The notes under the pieces were generated by a model. That model saw nothing but the letters and a program-made list of their open reading frames with translations, had not been told where the DNA came from and did not search any database. Made by a program: the position numbers and the translations under genes. Below are positions 1 to 13,129 of a stretch of DNA of 64,000 nucleotides, in pieces. Origin of the DNA: Eledone cirrhosa (Eukaryota); assembly GCA_964016885.1 (NCBI GenBank), contig OZ024742.1:53320001-53384000 (forward strand), written 5' to 3'. Every line of letters begins with the position of its first letter. Positions within the stretch are counted from its first letter, which is position 1.

Positions 1-1169
1 TTCCATGTTTCGCCAGCCTTAACAAACTTCCATATCTGCCCATCATCTCGTAGGCTGAAGCTTTCATGTTCTGCCGAGCTGCGGTTTAAGGAAGCTGCAG
101 CATGCAACTTTGGGCGGACATCAGGTGGAAGACCAGGGCGTGTTCGGAAAGCAATCCGACTTTCACGCCTAGCTTTATCAGAGGCTACAAGGTATGAACG
201 TGCCTCAGTTGAGTTTGAAAACGACAGTCTAATTAGCCTGGGTTTCGGGCCTGGTCGGCCAAGGCGTAGAGCACCCTTTGCGGGAGCACCCTTTGCGGGA
301 GCACAGCCCAAGTCTTTGGATGAACTGGCAGCAAATGCCTGAAGATCACTATGTCTTCTGGTACACCAATGGCAATCACTTCGTGGTTTGCAGATTCAGT
401 GGCATTCTCAATGTGTCTAGGTTCAACATGAGGTACGCAGAGATTTTTTAACAAGGCACTCCGGTAAGATCCCTCATTGTGGGGTTCTACACGAACGCTT
501 GATTTTATTCCCGCTATTTCTCGGCTTAAAGCGGAAATCATTTGCCGTATTTTCCTCAAACTCCGTATTGATGGTCGGTTTTTGTTGTTGTGCTTCTCCT
601 TCAACAGGCATGGTAGAAGACACAGTCGTCGGTTGTTGTTGTTGAAAAGTAACAGGTGAGGAAGACATGGGATGATGTTGTTGATGAAGTCCTTCAACGG
701 GGGTAGTAGCAGAAGCTACGGTCGTTGGTTTTTGCTGTTGTTCAGGAACAATGGTAGAGGAAGACACGATCCTCGGTTTTTGTTGTTGTTGTTCGGGAAC
801 AATGGTAGAAGAAGACACGATCTTCGGTTTTTGTTGTTGTTCCGCAGCAATGGGAGAGGCAGGCATACAGTCCAGGCACTGAAAGGACCAGTTTGTTAGC
901 TGGACCATCTCCCAGAGTCTATCCATCGTAGCAATATGATGTTTCTTGTTTTGGCCTGGGATCTTCCGGAAGCCTGTGGCGCATTGAAGGCAGACAGAGA
1001 TGTGACAGGTTCCACATTCAACCCAACGATTACGGAACAAGTTTTCGGGTTCCGTACAGATATGGCAGATGTGATCTTCTGGGCAATGTTCTATTTTGGA
1101 ACATCGACCAGTTTTGTCGCATACTTCATCGATGGATATCACCATGGCAATTTTGTTATTTCTGCCCAT
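1..1169 (-). pseudogene. Frameshifted ORF1 of a CR1/L2-type LINE (PHD finger + ORF1 core), running off the window start
   Basis: ORF 474-1196 has a PHD-like Cys cluster (CHIC..WVECGTC..CLQC..FQCLDC). Downstream frames give HEVIAIGVPE and LRLGRPGPKPRLIRLSF, typical CR1/L2 ORF1 motifs. Q-rich tandem repeats lie at ~630-850. Confidence 0.65.
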
Positions 1170-1465
1170 CTGTAGAAAAACACAGAATGTAAACAATATA
1201 GGTTTAGTGCACTTGATTACGATAGAAATAAAATGTCTGTTTTTTGTTTTGTTTTTTTTGTGTATTTTGTTTCTGTTTTCCTAAATGTTGTGTGTGTACA
1301 GAAGAGTCTGCGCATGAAACAAATAAATATGCTGCGTAAGTTAAATGAAACGTACTGTAGAAGGCAACAGTTTATTAACAGCGAAATAACATTTTTATCC
1401 TGATACTGCTTCTTTATAATAAACTTTCAATAATATTTTTCAAATTATTAACTTTCAGCTGCTAG

Positions 1466-1545
1466 TATATATATATAATTAAAAGGTGTATGTGGGTTAG
1501 AAGTATATATATATAATTAAAAGGTGTATGTGGGTTAGAATCATA
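1466..1545. repeat. 37-bp direct duplication
   Basis: tatatatataattaaaaggtgtatgtgggttagaa occurs twice in tandem. Confidence 0.8.
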
Positions 1546-1589
1546 TATATAATATATATATATATATATAATATATATATATATATTTG

Positions 1590-3575
1590 CAACGTGAGGA
1601 TCAAAACATGAAGTGTTCAGGATCGCTAGACAGTGAGTCAAGGAAAATTGTGATGTCAGTGGAGAGAAGTGTGTCAGAAATGATTTTGGTGAACTTGCCT
1701 TCACTGACGTTGAAAAGAAGGTAGTATGGAAGTGTTACTATGGAAGATTACTGAATGAAGAGAATCAGACTCAGAAGCTCCCGCGTCTTGCGACGCATGA
1801 GGCAATCATGGTGTTCCATCACGTTCGGTCAGCAGCCAGTTTCACAGCGTCCCGCCATTGTCTGTTTGTCGCTCGCAGGTCCCTCTCAACTGTCTGGCGC
1901 TAGTTCATATTGGGTCGCCCTCTCCGTCTGCTTCCCTGCGGGCTCCATTTAAGTACTTGGTTCGCCAGTCTCTCCGGGGGAAGTCTCAAAGCGTGTCCAA
2001 ACTAGCCCAGGCGTCGCCTGCAGATGGTAGAAGAGACTAGCTGCTGGTTGGTACGGTTCCTGACTTCCTGGTTTGTTACATGGTCACTCCATTTAATCCC
2101 CAGGATCTTTCGCAGACACCTGGAATCGAATGCGTCCAACTTCTTCTGCATGGGATAAAGACAGTCTGTCACATGTCAACCCAACAGATGGACTGGCTGT
2201 ACAAGTTAGCAGTAGTATAGTAAGTAAGGCAATCAAGGATATGAAGTGAGGCAGGGCAGCTGGCTCCTCAGGGATAGTTGCTAAGATGCTGAAAACTTCA
2301 AGTATGGTGGGCCACACCATAGGCTCCCACATTGTCATACAAAATGACTGGTGTAGCAGCATCATCGTAAACTGCTACAAGGTCAAAGGAGATACTCTAG
2401 ATAGAGAAAACTATAGAGGTATTAAGTTGGTTGACCAGGTTATAAAAATCACTGAAAGAGTCTTAGCTCAGCTGATTAGAGAATGTGTTAACATATATGA
2501 GGTGCAGTTTGGATTTGTCACAGGTAAGAGTACCACAGATGCCCTCTTCCTTGTAAGATACTTGCAGGAGAAGTATCTAGCTAAGAGTAAGCCCCTCTAC
2601 CTGGCTTTTGTCGACTTTGAGAAAGTTTTTGACAGAGTCCCCCATTTTGGAAACTAGGAGTTGATGAATGGCTTGTGAGGGAAATTCAAGCAATGTATAG
2701 AAGAACAGCCAGTAAGGTTAGAATTAACAATGACTATAGTGAAGAATTTAGTGTGCAGGCTGGTATCTATCAGAGCTCTGTTCTTAGCCCTATTCTGTTT
2801 ATTATCATTCTGCAGGCTATAACAGAAGAGTTTAAGACCGTCTGCCCTTGGGAACTTCTGTATGCTGATGACCTAACCCTTATAGCCGAATCTATAGCTG
2901 AACTAGAGATGAAATTCCAAACCTAGAAGCAAGGCCTAGAATCTAAAGGTCTTAAAGTCAACCTGGCAAAGACTAAAGTCCTAGTATGTAGAAGGGATAA
3001 CAGGTCCCAGATCTCCTCTGAGAAATGGTCCTGCTCAGTGTGCAGAAACGGAGTAGGTAGAAATTTCATTCTATGTACCAAATGCAACCAATGGATATAC
3101 AATAGATGTAGTGGGATCTCAAGCAGGCTAACATGTAGGTTTTACATGTGGCCAATGCACAGGTACAGTAAGTAGCAAGAATCCTCAGGATACAACCACC
3201 TTCAAATGCTTAGAGCGCTCGGTTGAAGTGGTAGATAGCTTCCGTTACCTGGGTGACCAAATCAGTAGTGGGGGAGGGTGTTCTGAAAGCACAGTAACTA
3301 GAGTGAGACTGGGCTGGAGAAAATTCAGGGAGTTACTACTGTTACTAACTACAAAAGGTTTTCTCCTCAAAATAAAAGGCAGACTGTATGATGCATGTAT
3401 ACTAACAACAATGTTGCACAGCAGCGAGACCTTGGACCTGTATGCTGAGGACCTGCAAAGATTGGAAAGAAATGAAGCCTCTATGCTTCGCTGGATGTGC
3501 AATAGCAATATATGCGAATGGCAAAGTATGAATATACTGTGTGAGAATTAGGCATAAGAGGGATCAGTAGTTGCA
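1590..3575 (+). mobile_element. Degenerate RTE-clade LINE (RT and C-terminal part of ORF2)
   Basis: Motifs ENYRGIKL, VQFGFVTGKSTTDALF, LAFVDFEKVFDRVP, LLYADDL, FRYLGDQI, MLHSSET, RNEASMLRWMC across several frames with stops. Confidence 0.9.
1766..2147 (-). mobile_element. 5'-truncated 3' end of a different RTE LINE nested antisense in the above
   Basis: Minus strand reads KKLDAFDSRCLRKILGIKWSDHVTNQEV..FGHALRLPPERLANQVLKWSPQGSRRRGRP. Removing it restores the host frame NEEN|AWDKDSL. Confidence 0.85.
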
Positions 3576-3835
3576 TGCAGCTGTAGAAAGCAAGCCAAAA
3601 TCTGCCCCGAGTGAGCTAAACATGGTTCTCAGACCTGTTTTTTTCTTCTAAGGGTCAATCTGTCCTACCCATGAATGATGGACGCTAATCACCAAGGTTG
3701 ATGATATATTTATGTGTATATATATATATGAAGTCTGTATGTATATGTACATGTGTGTGTATATTGCATATATATATGGTATATGTATATGCATGCAAAT
3801 ATATATATATATGTGTGTGTATTATCATTATCATA

Positions 3836-3879
<44 letters not shown>

Positions 3880-4157
3880 GCTGGTACCACAAAACATCCA
3901 GCCCACACTGTAAAGTGATTGTGTAGGTGTCATGACAAAAAGCACCTAGCCCACACTGTAAAGTGGATGTGTAAAAGACATGGCAAAAAGCACCCAGCAC
4001 ACACTGTAAATGTGGTTGGTGTTAGGAAGGGCATCCAGCTAGAAACACTCCTATATGAGCAAGACACGGTCACCCGACCCAGCTTACCTCTAAATGGGAC
4101 AAACCTGTCTAACCCATGCTAGCGTGGAAGATAGACGTTAATCGATGATGATGATGA
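3880..4157 (+). mobile_element. SINE body with RTE-type 3' tail and (GAT)n end (family also at ~13780-14020 -, 18160-18670 +, 37670-37930 +, 45680-46030 -, 54970-55310 -, 60770-61065 -)
   Basis: Repeated units cacactgtaaagtgg/aaaaagcacccag, then gttggtgttaggaagggcatccagct..aacccatgctagcgtggaag..gatgatgat. Confidence 0.75.
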
Positions 4158-4169
4158 TTGATATATATA

Positions 4170-4395
4170 TATATTTGATATTGTAGTACTGGGACCGGGA
4201 ATACTACATATCAAAGAGGTACTCGATGTATAGTAAGATGCAGAGTGAGTATATTATTGAAAGTAGAGGATCTACCTTGACCTCAGTGGTTTCGGCCAGT
4301 TACCACTTTGAAGTGGTAACTGGCAGAAACCTCTTTGAAGAGGTTAATTAGCTGAAACAGCCGAGTTCATGGTAGATCCTCTACTTTCACAAATA
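4170..4395. mobile_element. Fold-back Penelope-type pLTR remnant in (TA)n with degenerate hammerhead cores
   Basis: Arms tgaaagtagaggatctacc (4258-4276) / ggtagatcctctactttca (4371-4389), inner hairpin 4288-4331, and TTGAAGA-ggttaattagct-GAAACAG motif. Confidence 0.55.
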
Positions 4396-5374
4396 TATAT
4401 ATATATGTAAATAAGACCATTGACTGCCCTAACTCATAAATAAAACACTCAGAAAATACCATTAAACCCATCACTGACCTGTACTCATGAGTCCCATTAA
4501 ACCAACCACAGACCCACATTCCTATATTCTGTAAACCAACCACAGACCTGCACTAGTCACCGGTATGGGAAAGACAGACTTTATCAATCTGCTGGTGTTG
4601 TATTACATATGAACATATGCATGGACATGTAACTCCCGATAGAGTTGTAGGGGTGCCATAGTGGCATACAATATGTCTTGGGCATTTTTAACTTGACAGA
4701 GCCCATCCCTCTCCTGATCTGAACACAGTAAATTTCTTCCAGAGTAGGAGAAAGATAGAGTTGAGAGGAAGTGAGAAAAAGATATAGACTATTAATTTTA
4801 CTTCAAAATAAAGCATATACATTTACTATTTCTAATACAATTCCAAAACTTATCACACATAAAATAAAAAATGAAATAAGCTTTTTTTTTTTCATCAAAT
4901 GGTTATGGGGATCCACCAAAACAAATTAAGAGTAAAAGTGGTCCATGGGTAAAACTGGGTTGAGAACCAATGATATAGAGGAAGTATTAATCCCAGTACT
5001 AGGCTGGTAATTTTTTAAATATTTTTATCAATCTTTAGAGGATGAAAGGCAAAGTTGACTTGAATGGGGTTTAAACTCAGAACGCAGAAAGTCGGTATGA
5101 ATACTGCAAAACATCCTATCAGACATTCTAATGACTCTGCCAATTCACGGTCTATAATTATTGATTAGAAACTGGTAAATCAAACGTGGCGATGAAACTG
5201 CAATGCCACTTAAATATCAACTAATCTTTGATAATAGTTGGCATTATATGTACTTAACACATCTTCACTTGACTCTTCAATATAGCTGTTGTTTTTGTTG
5301 AGCTATTAATTGTTAGTATTTCATTGGCTCTAATGTAAATGGAGTGTCTTGTTGTGATGAGGAAGCTAATTCTG

Positions 5375-5680
5375 GTGATAGTGTGGTGATGGTGGTGGTG
5401 GTGTAGTAGCGGTGGTATAATGGCAGTGTGGTAGTGGTGGTTTGATAGTGGCAGTAGTGGTAGTGTGATAATGGTTGTGTAGTAGTGGTGATGTTGGTGA
5501 TATAATAGCACTGTAGTAGTAGTAGTGTAGTAATGGTGGTGGTCATGATATGTGGTAGTGGTGGTGTAATGGTAGTGTAGTAGTGGTGATGGTGGAAGTG
5601 GTGATCTGATAACTGTGGTAGTGGCAATATAGTAGTTGTGGTAGTGGTAGCAATAGTTGTATGATAGCAATGTAATAGTG
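5375..5680. repeat. (GTG/GTA)n low-complexity trinucleotide tract
   Basis: Degenerate gtggtagtagtg repeats. Confidence 0.85.
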
Positions 5681-5781
5681 GTCTTGCTACAACATAGTCA
5701 GCTTAACCCTGTTCAGCCTCATTAATTTTGATGCTTTCATCCATCTTTCATAAAATACACGACCACCAACAATAATAATAA

Positions 5782-6910
5782 TGGTTTCTGATTTAGGCAC
5801 AAGGCGAACAATTAGGGGGTGGGGAAAGTCAATTAAATTGACCCCAGCACATTATTGGTATATTATTTTATCGACCCCATAAGGATGAAAGACAAAGTGA
5901 ACTCTGTTGGGATTTTAATACAGACTGTAAAGGGTCGTAACTTTATGCCACAAAGCATGTTGTCTGATGCTTTACTGATGCTGCCAATTTACTCAATAAT
6001 AATAATTGTTTCTACTTTTGGCACAAGGCCAGCAGTTACCCAGTGCATTACTGGTACTTTATTTTATCGACCCCGTAAGGATGAAAGACAAAGTGAACTC
6101 TGTTGGGATTTTAATACAGACTGTAAAGGGTCGTAACTTTATGCCACAAAGCATGTTGTCTGATGCTCTACTGATGCTGCCAATTTACTCAATAATAATA
6201 ATTGTTTCTACTTTTGGCACAAGGCCAGCAGTTACCCAGTGCATTACTGGTACTTTATTTTATCGACCCCGTAAGGATGAAAGGCAAAGTTAACCTCGGT
6301 GGGATTTGAACTCAGAATGGCAAGGGCAGTAACTCTAAGCTGCAAAGCATGGCGTCCAACCCTCTACCGATACTGCCAATCCACCGCCCTTACTCAATAT
6401 TAATAATGATTTCTGATTTAGGCACAAGGCCAGCAATTAAATCAACCACAGTATTTGACTGGTACTTTATTGTATCCACCTCAGAAGGGTGAAAGGTAAA
6501 GTTTACTTGGCGGGATCTGAACTCAGAATGGAGTAAGTCATAACTAAATATCACAAAGTGCTTTTTTCAATGTTTTACCAATACTGCTGAATAATAATGG
6601 TTTCTGATTTAGGCACAAGGCCAGCAATCAACCCCAGTGAAAGACTGGTACTTTATTGTATTGACCCCCGTAAGGATGAAAGGCAAAGCTGACCTCAGCA
6701 AGATTTGAACTCAGAACGTAAAGAGCCGTAACTCTATGCTGTGAACAAGTGTGCCCAACGCTCTACCGATACTGCCAAATAATGATAATAATAATAATAA
6801 TTGTTTCTACTTTTGGCACAAGGCCAGCAATTACCCAGTGTATTACTGGTACTTTATTTTATCGACCCCGTAAGGATGAAAGGCAAAGTTAACCTCGGCG
6901 GGATTTGATA
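5782..6910 (-). mobile_element. Head-to-tail cluster of ~6 tRNA-derived Nin/Deu-domain SINEs separated by (AAT)n
   Basis: Reverse strand shows B-box gagttcaaatcc followed by tttgcctttcatccttacggggtcgataaaataaagtaccag (Deu/Nin-like core). 196-bp periodicity at 5881/6077/6273. Confidence 0.8.
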
Positions 6911-7454
6911 ATAATAATAATAATAATAAAGTGTCTCATGAAGGAGAACTACTGTGACTTTATGTGTCTGTAGAAAATGTTAAATAATGTTCACCTTGGT
7001 TTTGGTGAGGCCTTCATCATTCAGTTGCAGTATGGTGATGTCATCTAGTAAGACATCCTGTAAGAGGGCATGTCTTCCAGGTCGATATCGGGCTGAAGTC
7101 ATTGAGGATACATTACAAGACTTATAAAAAATGCACAGATAAGAATACTGTTGATTTGCTGCTGCTGTTGACATTTGTCTGATCAGAGATCAGTCTTGGG
7201 CCCAGTTCAAATCCAACCAAGGTCGATAAAACAAAAATTACCAGCCTAGTACTGAGGTTGATACTTCCTTGATATCTCTATATCTTTCTCCTCATACTCT
7301 GAAAGAAATCTGCTGTCATCAGATATGGTGAGGAATAGTGCTTGGATCTCTGCCCACCTGAGAATGTGGACCTCATGCATCTTAATCCCATTACTGTCAG
7401 CTGGTTGCAGTGCCTGGGGGATGTCACATGATTACTGTCTCATACATAAGAAGA

Positions 7455-8495
7455 TGATCATGATAAGAAGAGGAAGAGGACTGAGAGGGTGTGAAGACGG
7501 CATTAGAACAGAAGAAAATAAATTGGTGTGGTACATAAAAAATTCTACAGAAGCACTGTTGGTGGAAGTAAGAAGGTCAGGGATGTGCAAAATAGAAGAT
7601 TGTAAAGAAAAAACACAGTACAAGCATTTGAAAAAGGATGAAACTGAAAGTAGACAGACAGAAAAAAAGTTTGTATGGACAATTCCATAGTGATGTTGAA
7701 GATTGGACAGACAGAGAAAAAAGATGGTTATTGATGGTTAAAAGTGATCTAAATCCGGAAACAGAAGCCTTAATCTGCGCTGCTCAAGTACAAGGACTAA
7801 GAACTAACTACATCAAGCATAGAGTAGACCACACAACAGAAAATGATAAGTGTAGAATTTGTGGCATGAATGGAGAAGCTGTATTATCAGCCAATGCACA
7901 CCTCTAGCTCAGAAAGAATATGAGACACCACAACAACATAGCAAGGATAGTCCATTGGGCACTTTGTGGCAAATATGCACTTGACAGAGCAGAAAAGTGG
8001 TATGAATATAACCCTAAGGGTGTTATAAAAAATGATGATGCAAATATCCCGTGGGAATTTGTGATACAGTGTGACCATGAGATTGAGCATAGGAGATCAG
8101 ATATGGTACTAATTGAGAAAGAAAACAAACTGTTGGATTATAGATATAGCCTGTCCAGCTGATAACAAGGTATGCAATAAAGAAGGAAAAAATGATAGAT
8201 GTGGCAGGTTAGTTTAGGAGATTAAGCAGTTATGGTCACTAAGAAAAGATGGTGGTAATATCAATAATAGTTGGAGTCTTGGGAACAGTGAGTAGAGATC
8301 TTGAGAAGTACATTAAATAAATATGGATTGCAATATGAATGGAACACTACAAAAATTAGCATTGCTTAGAACAGCTCAAATACTCTTGAGGGTACTTGGA
8401 AAATAAGGGGTGTTACCTCAGTTCACTGGTAGGGAACAGCTAATACTGTTATACATCTCAAGCATTAAAAGCTGAGCGAAGAAACAATAATAATA
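7455..8495 (+). mobile_element. 3' part of an R4/Dong-like RLE-type LINE, degenerate
   Basis: LYGQFH, LNPETEALICAAQVQGLRT, KCRICG, RHNNIARIVHWALC, EIEHRRSDMVLIEK, IDIACP (zinc knuckle + PD-D/ExK endonuclease). Ends in (AAT)n. Confidence 0.8.
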
Positions 8496-8509
8496 ATATA
8501 TGATAATAT

Positions 8510-8840
8510 ATCTACCAAGGAAATGGAGTAATTATCCAGATATAAAGATCTAGAGATAGAAATAACCTGAATGTTGATTATGAAAACACAAACAATATCT
8601 GTAATAATAAGTGCTCTGGGGATGATAAAAAACACACTGATAGATACACAACCAAAACCCTATATGTTCAAATATATTCAGCACACAAAAAATAGCACTG
8701 CTAGGCACTGCAGACATATTACAAAGAGTACTCTAAGTACAATAGAAACAACACCACAAAAAACCATACTGTACATTCCCAAGGTCCATAGAACTATGCT
8801 TGCTAATGCAGTGACAACACACAATAAAAATAAGACTACT
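8510..8840 (+). mobile_element. Second R4/Dong-like 3' fragment
   Basis: KEME.LSRYKDLEIEIT..MKTQTISVIISALGMIK..TALLGTA resembles the RLE C-terminus. Confidence 0.6.
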
Positions 8841-8844
8841 AATA

Positions 8845-9400
8845 ATGGTTTCTGATATAGGCACAAGGCCAAAGTGTTAGGGGACAGGAAAGTCAATTAA
8901 ATCAACCCCAGTGTGTTACTGGTACTTTATTTTATCGACCCTGTAAGGATAAAAGGCCAAGCTAATTTCAGCAAGATTTGATCTCAGAATGTAAAGAGAT
9001 GTAACTATATTCCACAAAGCATGTCGGATGCTCCACTGATACTGCCAATCCTCAGTCACTCTTTTCTTGTGTTTTTCTCTCCTCTCACTTTCTGTCCCCC
9101 TCTTTCTTTCTGCCTGTCTCTCATTTCTCTATCTCTTCCTTCTCTCTTCTTCCACCCTCTCATCATCTTTTCTCTCCCTCTCTCCACCCTAATAGTAATA
9201 ATAATATAATTGTTTCTACTTTTGCCACAAGGCCAGCAATTATCCCAGTGCATTACTGGTACTTTATTTTATTGACCCCGTAAGGATGAAAGGCAAAGTG
9301 AACCTCGGCGGGATTTGAACTCACACCATAAAGGGGCGTAACTCTATGCTGCAAATCATGGCGTCCGACGTTCTACTGATACTGCCAATCCCCCGCCCTT
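8845..9400 (-). mobile_element. Two Nin/Deu-type SINEs flanking a CT-rich tract (other copies ~4990-5150, 11415-11678, 26155-26316, 26836-26950, 41043-41262, 48480-48610, 51490-51670, 53840-53995)
   Basis: Same core as the 5782-6910 cluster. Confidence 0.75.
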
Positions 9401-9599
9401 AGTAATAGTAATAATAATATAATGATGATTACTTTTATTCACCAGTGTGGGCGAAAATATTGAGGACAATACAATAAACAAGGTTATTTGGGATTTTATA
9501 TATGAAGATGTAAAGAGAAAAAGAAAACAGCAAAAAACAAATTGAAAGCAACAGAATTCCCCAATAGGAGGGAGAACCACCTACAAGTAATTATCACAG

Positions 9600-9990
9600 A
9601 TCTCTCTCTTTCTCTTCTCCTTTTTCTCTTCTTGCTTCTTCTTTCTCTCTCTCCTCTCTTTTCTTTCATTTCTTTCCCTTTTTTCCCTCTCTCTCTCTTG
9701 CCTTTTTCCTCCTCTTCATACTCTCTGCCCTCCTCTTTCTACTTTTCTCTTTCTTCTCTCGCTCTTCTTCCTCTCCTTTCCTCTTCCTCTCTCTTTCTCC
9801 CTCCCCTTTCTTCATCTCACTCTCCTCTTTCTCTGTCTCTAGCTACTTACTCTCTTTCCTTCTCTATCTCCTTTCCTTCTCATAATTTCTCCTCTCCCTC
9901 TGGCTCCTCTCACTGTCATTTCCCCTCTCCTTTCTCCTCTCACGTCTTCTCCCCCCCTTCCTCTCCACCTCTCCTTCTCTCACTCTTATT
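9600..9990. repeat. CT-rich low-complexity polypyrimidine tract
   Basis: Almost exclusively C/T for ~390 bp. Confidence 0.9.
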
Positions 9991-10389
9991 CAATACTAAT
10001 CAACTCTTTTTGTTTGGGAAGGGGTAAGCTAGCTTGTAAGTAATCTGAAAAACAATAATCTCTATTTCAAATATACATTAATTCAAATGGAGATTCTTTT
10101 GGCTTGAATCAATATCTTCAAAAGTAGAACTGTCGAATTCTGGACAACTTTTGTATATACTTTAGTATAAATCTCATTTTGCAAATATTGGCTTTGTTTG
10201 GGGTTTTGAGATTTACATTAAATTCTCTTGGTCTTTTATCAAGATCTGAATGTTGTGCCAATGGTGGGCAGTTTGCCATCTGGTCTGATCTGGTTGGCTA
10301 GTTTACTGTGGTAAGGGCAGGTAGCCAACGGATCTCATTATTATTTTTATATTTCATCTGTTATTTTTTTCATGCTTACATAATTTAGA

Positions 10390-11040
10390 TGGGTCTTGTT
10401 CAGCACTGTCCCTTGTCATCTTTTCTGGGAAGTTCAGGCTCTTAAGGTCAGCCTTAACCACCTCTCCCTATCTCTCCCTTGGTCTTCATCTCCTGCAATT
10501 ATCTTCCATTTTATTTGACACTACTTTAACCAACGGTCTATCATTTTCCATACAGATCGCATATCCGAACGTTTTTTTTACCTGCTTCTTAGTCTGGCTA
10601 CTATGCTTTCAGAACATCTACCTCCACTGCTAATTAGATCATTTAGATAACAGAAGTTATTAACTATTTTTAAGGTGGCTTCAATGTTGTTGAATGTATT
10701 TATTTCAAGAATGTTCTTTTAGATAACTACTCCTACATGCAAAGTCCTTTTTTGTCAGCCTTCTTGCGATCCCATTACGTATCTTGTGCATCCATAGTTT
10801 ATATTAGGTACACAGTGAAGAATTCCTACCAACACTTTTCTTGCATATTGAGTGCAGCCACTTCTTAGATGGCAGTAGAATTTTCTATTCTTAATGGTTA
10901 ACTTTTTTATTTATTACATTTACTTTAGACCTCTCAGCTACATTATTTTGCTTCCACATTCGAAATGTTCCTATAAATATTTGACAGATTCACCTATGAG
11001 AACTAGGTCATTGGCATACAGAAATTTCTACTGATAGCTG
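10390..11040 (-). mobile_element. Highly degenerate RTE LINE fragment
   Basis: Reverse strand resembles LYANDLVLIGES, FCYLNDLISSGGRCSESIVAR and the RTE 3' region seen at 2850-3550. Confidence 0.6.
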
Positions 11041-11046
11041 TCTTAA

Positions 11047-11267
11047 CCCTTTAGCATTTACATTATTCTGTATTTGCTATTGTATTTTCATGGTAAACGC
11101 TTTATTTTACATAATTATCTCACATAATATCGAATCTATGAGATTTTGGTATTATTTATGTTGAGAACAATACTTTAACATAAGTATGAGCAGCTGGTTA
11201 TGGCTAGTTTGAACAGAAAGAGGTGAAAGGATTCTGGCTGGATACAGCCAGTTTAAATGCTATAGCG
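11047..11267. mobile_element. piggyBac-like MITE (TTAA TSD)
   Basis: TTAA|ccctttagcattt...aaatgctatagcg|TTAA, with homologous copies at 40687-40891 and 48658-48861. Confidence 0.75.
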
Positions 11268-13129
11268 TTAAATTTCTGATATGAACTGGAAAGCTATAAT
11301 AAACAGGTAAGGGATGTGAACTGAACCGTGAATAACACTTACCTGAATATTTAATACCTTGATGAACTTATCGCTAACTCTCACCTCTTAGTTATTCATA
11401 TTTTTAGCAGAAAATGTGGGTGGTGGATTGGTAGAATCGTTAGAGCATTCAACAAAATGCTTTGCAGGATTTAGTTATGGTTCTTTATGTTCTGAGTTCA
11501 AATCTTGCTTTGCCTTTCATTTTTCAGGGGTCAATAAATTAAAAGTACCAGTCATGAACTAGGGTCAATATTGTGGTCAGCAAAAAAAAAAAAAAAAAAA
11601 ATAGTTCCCATCACATACTGGGCCAACAATTTTCTCCTTGAAAATCGCTGGTCTTGTACCTAAATTAAAAACCATTATTTATAGGAAAACATTTTTTCGT
11701 TGCTTTATGCTGGTATTTTATTTTATTAAGTTCAAAAGGATATAAAAGGCAGAGTTGACCTCAGCATGACTTGAACAGAGTGTGACAAGGTATTTTTTCT
11801 GGTGCTTTAACAATTCTGCCAATCCACTACCCTCTAACTTCAGATAAATAATGAGAAAGTTAGTCATATTACTAAATCACTCCAAATTCATGATTATTTT
11901 TCAAATGATTTGAAAATTATAGGCAGTTTGTTTCATTAGAAATATGATAACAAAAGGGTTAAACTTAACATTAATCATTCAGCTTGTATTTTCTTCTCAC
12001 TGCTTAAGTAATATTAATTAATAAGATTTTCCCCTTCACTACACAAAGTACAACATTAAACTTGACTTTTTTCTTCCATGTTATAACATCTCTGGGTAAT
12101 TTCCATCAATCATTATCTTATCTGGAGTTTATTTTCTTTATTATGCTTTTGTGTTAACACTTGATCTCTATCATGTCAAAATAAACATGCTGCTACTTCA
12201 AATGTCAATTATGGTAGTAGTGGCAGTAACTATCCTATTAAATATCTTCAACATATTTGTTTTATTTTTGTTCTATATAGACTGATCCAACATACCTTTA
12301 CATTGCTAATAATAATCATTCATTTTGGAGATATACGGAAGTTTAATAAAAGAAAGAGAGAAGAATCTATTGTAAGGAATCAACTGTAATCAATGTATTT
12401 CATCAGATGGAAACAATGGACTTAGAATCACTGCATAGAAAAAACATTAGAGCACCATTCATCTCTCTTTCTCTCTCTCTCCTTCTCTTTTTCTCTCTCT
12501 CTCCTCTTTCTCTCTTTCCTTCTCTTTCTCTCCTCATCTCTCTCTTTTCAACCAACTCTCTATTTCACTTTCGCTCTCTCCTCATCTCTCTTTCTCACCC
12601 CTCTCACCTCTTTTTTCTCCCCCGCTCACCTCTCTCCCACTTCTCCTTTCTCCCATCACTCTCTGTATTTCACTTACATTATGTTTCTGTAATCTAACAA
12701 TTACTCAAGCAGGTTGGTGTGTGTGTGGTGGTTGAGGGGCTACATTTACCCTACATTCTTTCTTGTACTCTAAGTGCATCTTATAATGGCACCAGCACTA
12801 GGGAGGTTGTCATGTTTTTAACACAACTGAAGAGTCCCACAAACCCAAACCAACAATTTTGAAAGATCCCTATATAAATTATGACTTTGCAACATATTTT
12901 CATATAAGAACCTTTAGTTAAGTTCCTCTATATTTACCTTCTTGATAATGAAACAATTATTTTAGTAAATCACACCATTCTGTCTGCTGGGACCATGTGT
13001 GTGGGCTCCTGCATGCCAGAGAATGCTCCCTTCCACCGTTTGAATACATATTTGGGACTTAAGCATTTTCATTATTACAACTATTGGATTTTTTTCTTTT
13101 TAATTAATTGAAATACAATGTATTTCATC

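Noticed and set aside
3685-4000. YIYI/VCVC-rich ORFs here and at 17862, 24071, 37824, 39297 and 59918
   Set aside because: Translations of (TA)n/(TG)n microsatellites
9542-10027. Hydrophobic Leu/Ser ORF resembling a membrane protein (also 12407, 21386, 56068, 56934)
   Set aside because: CT- or GTT-rich low-complexity sequence
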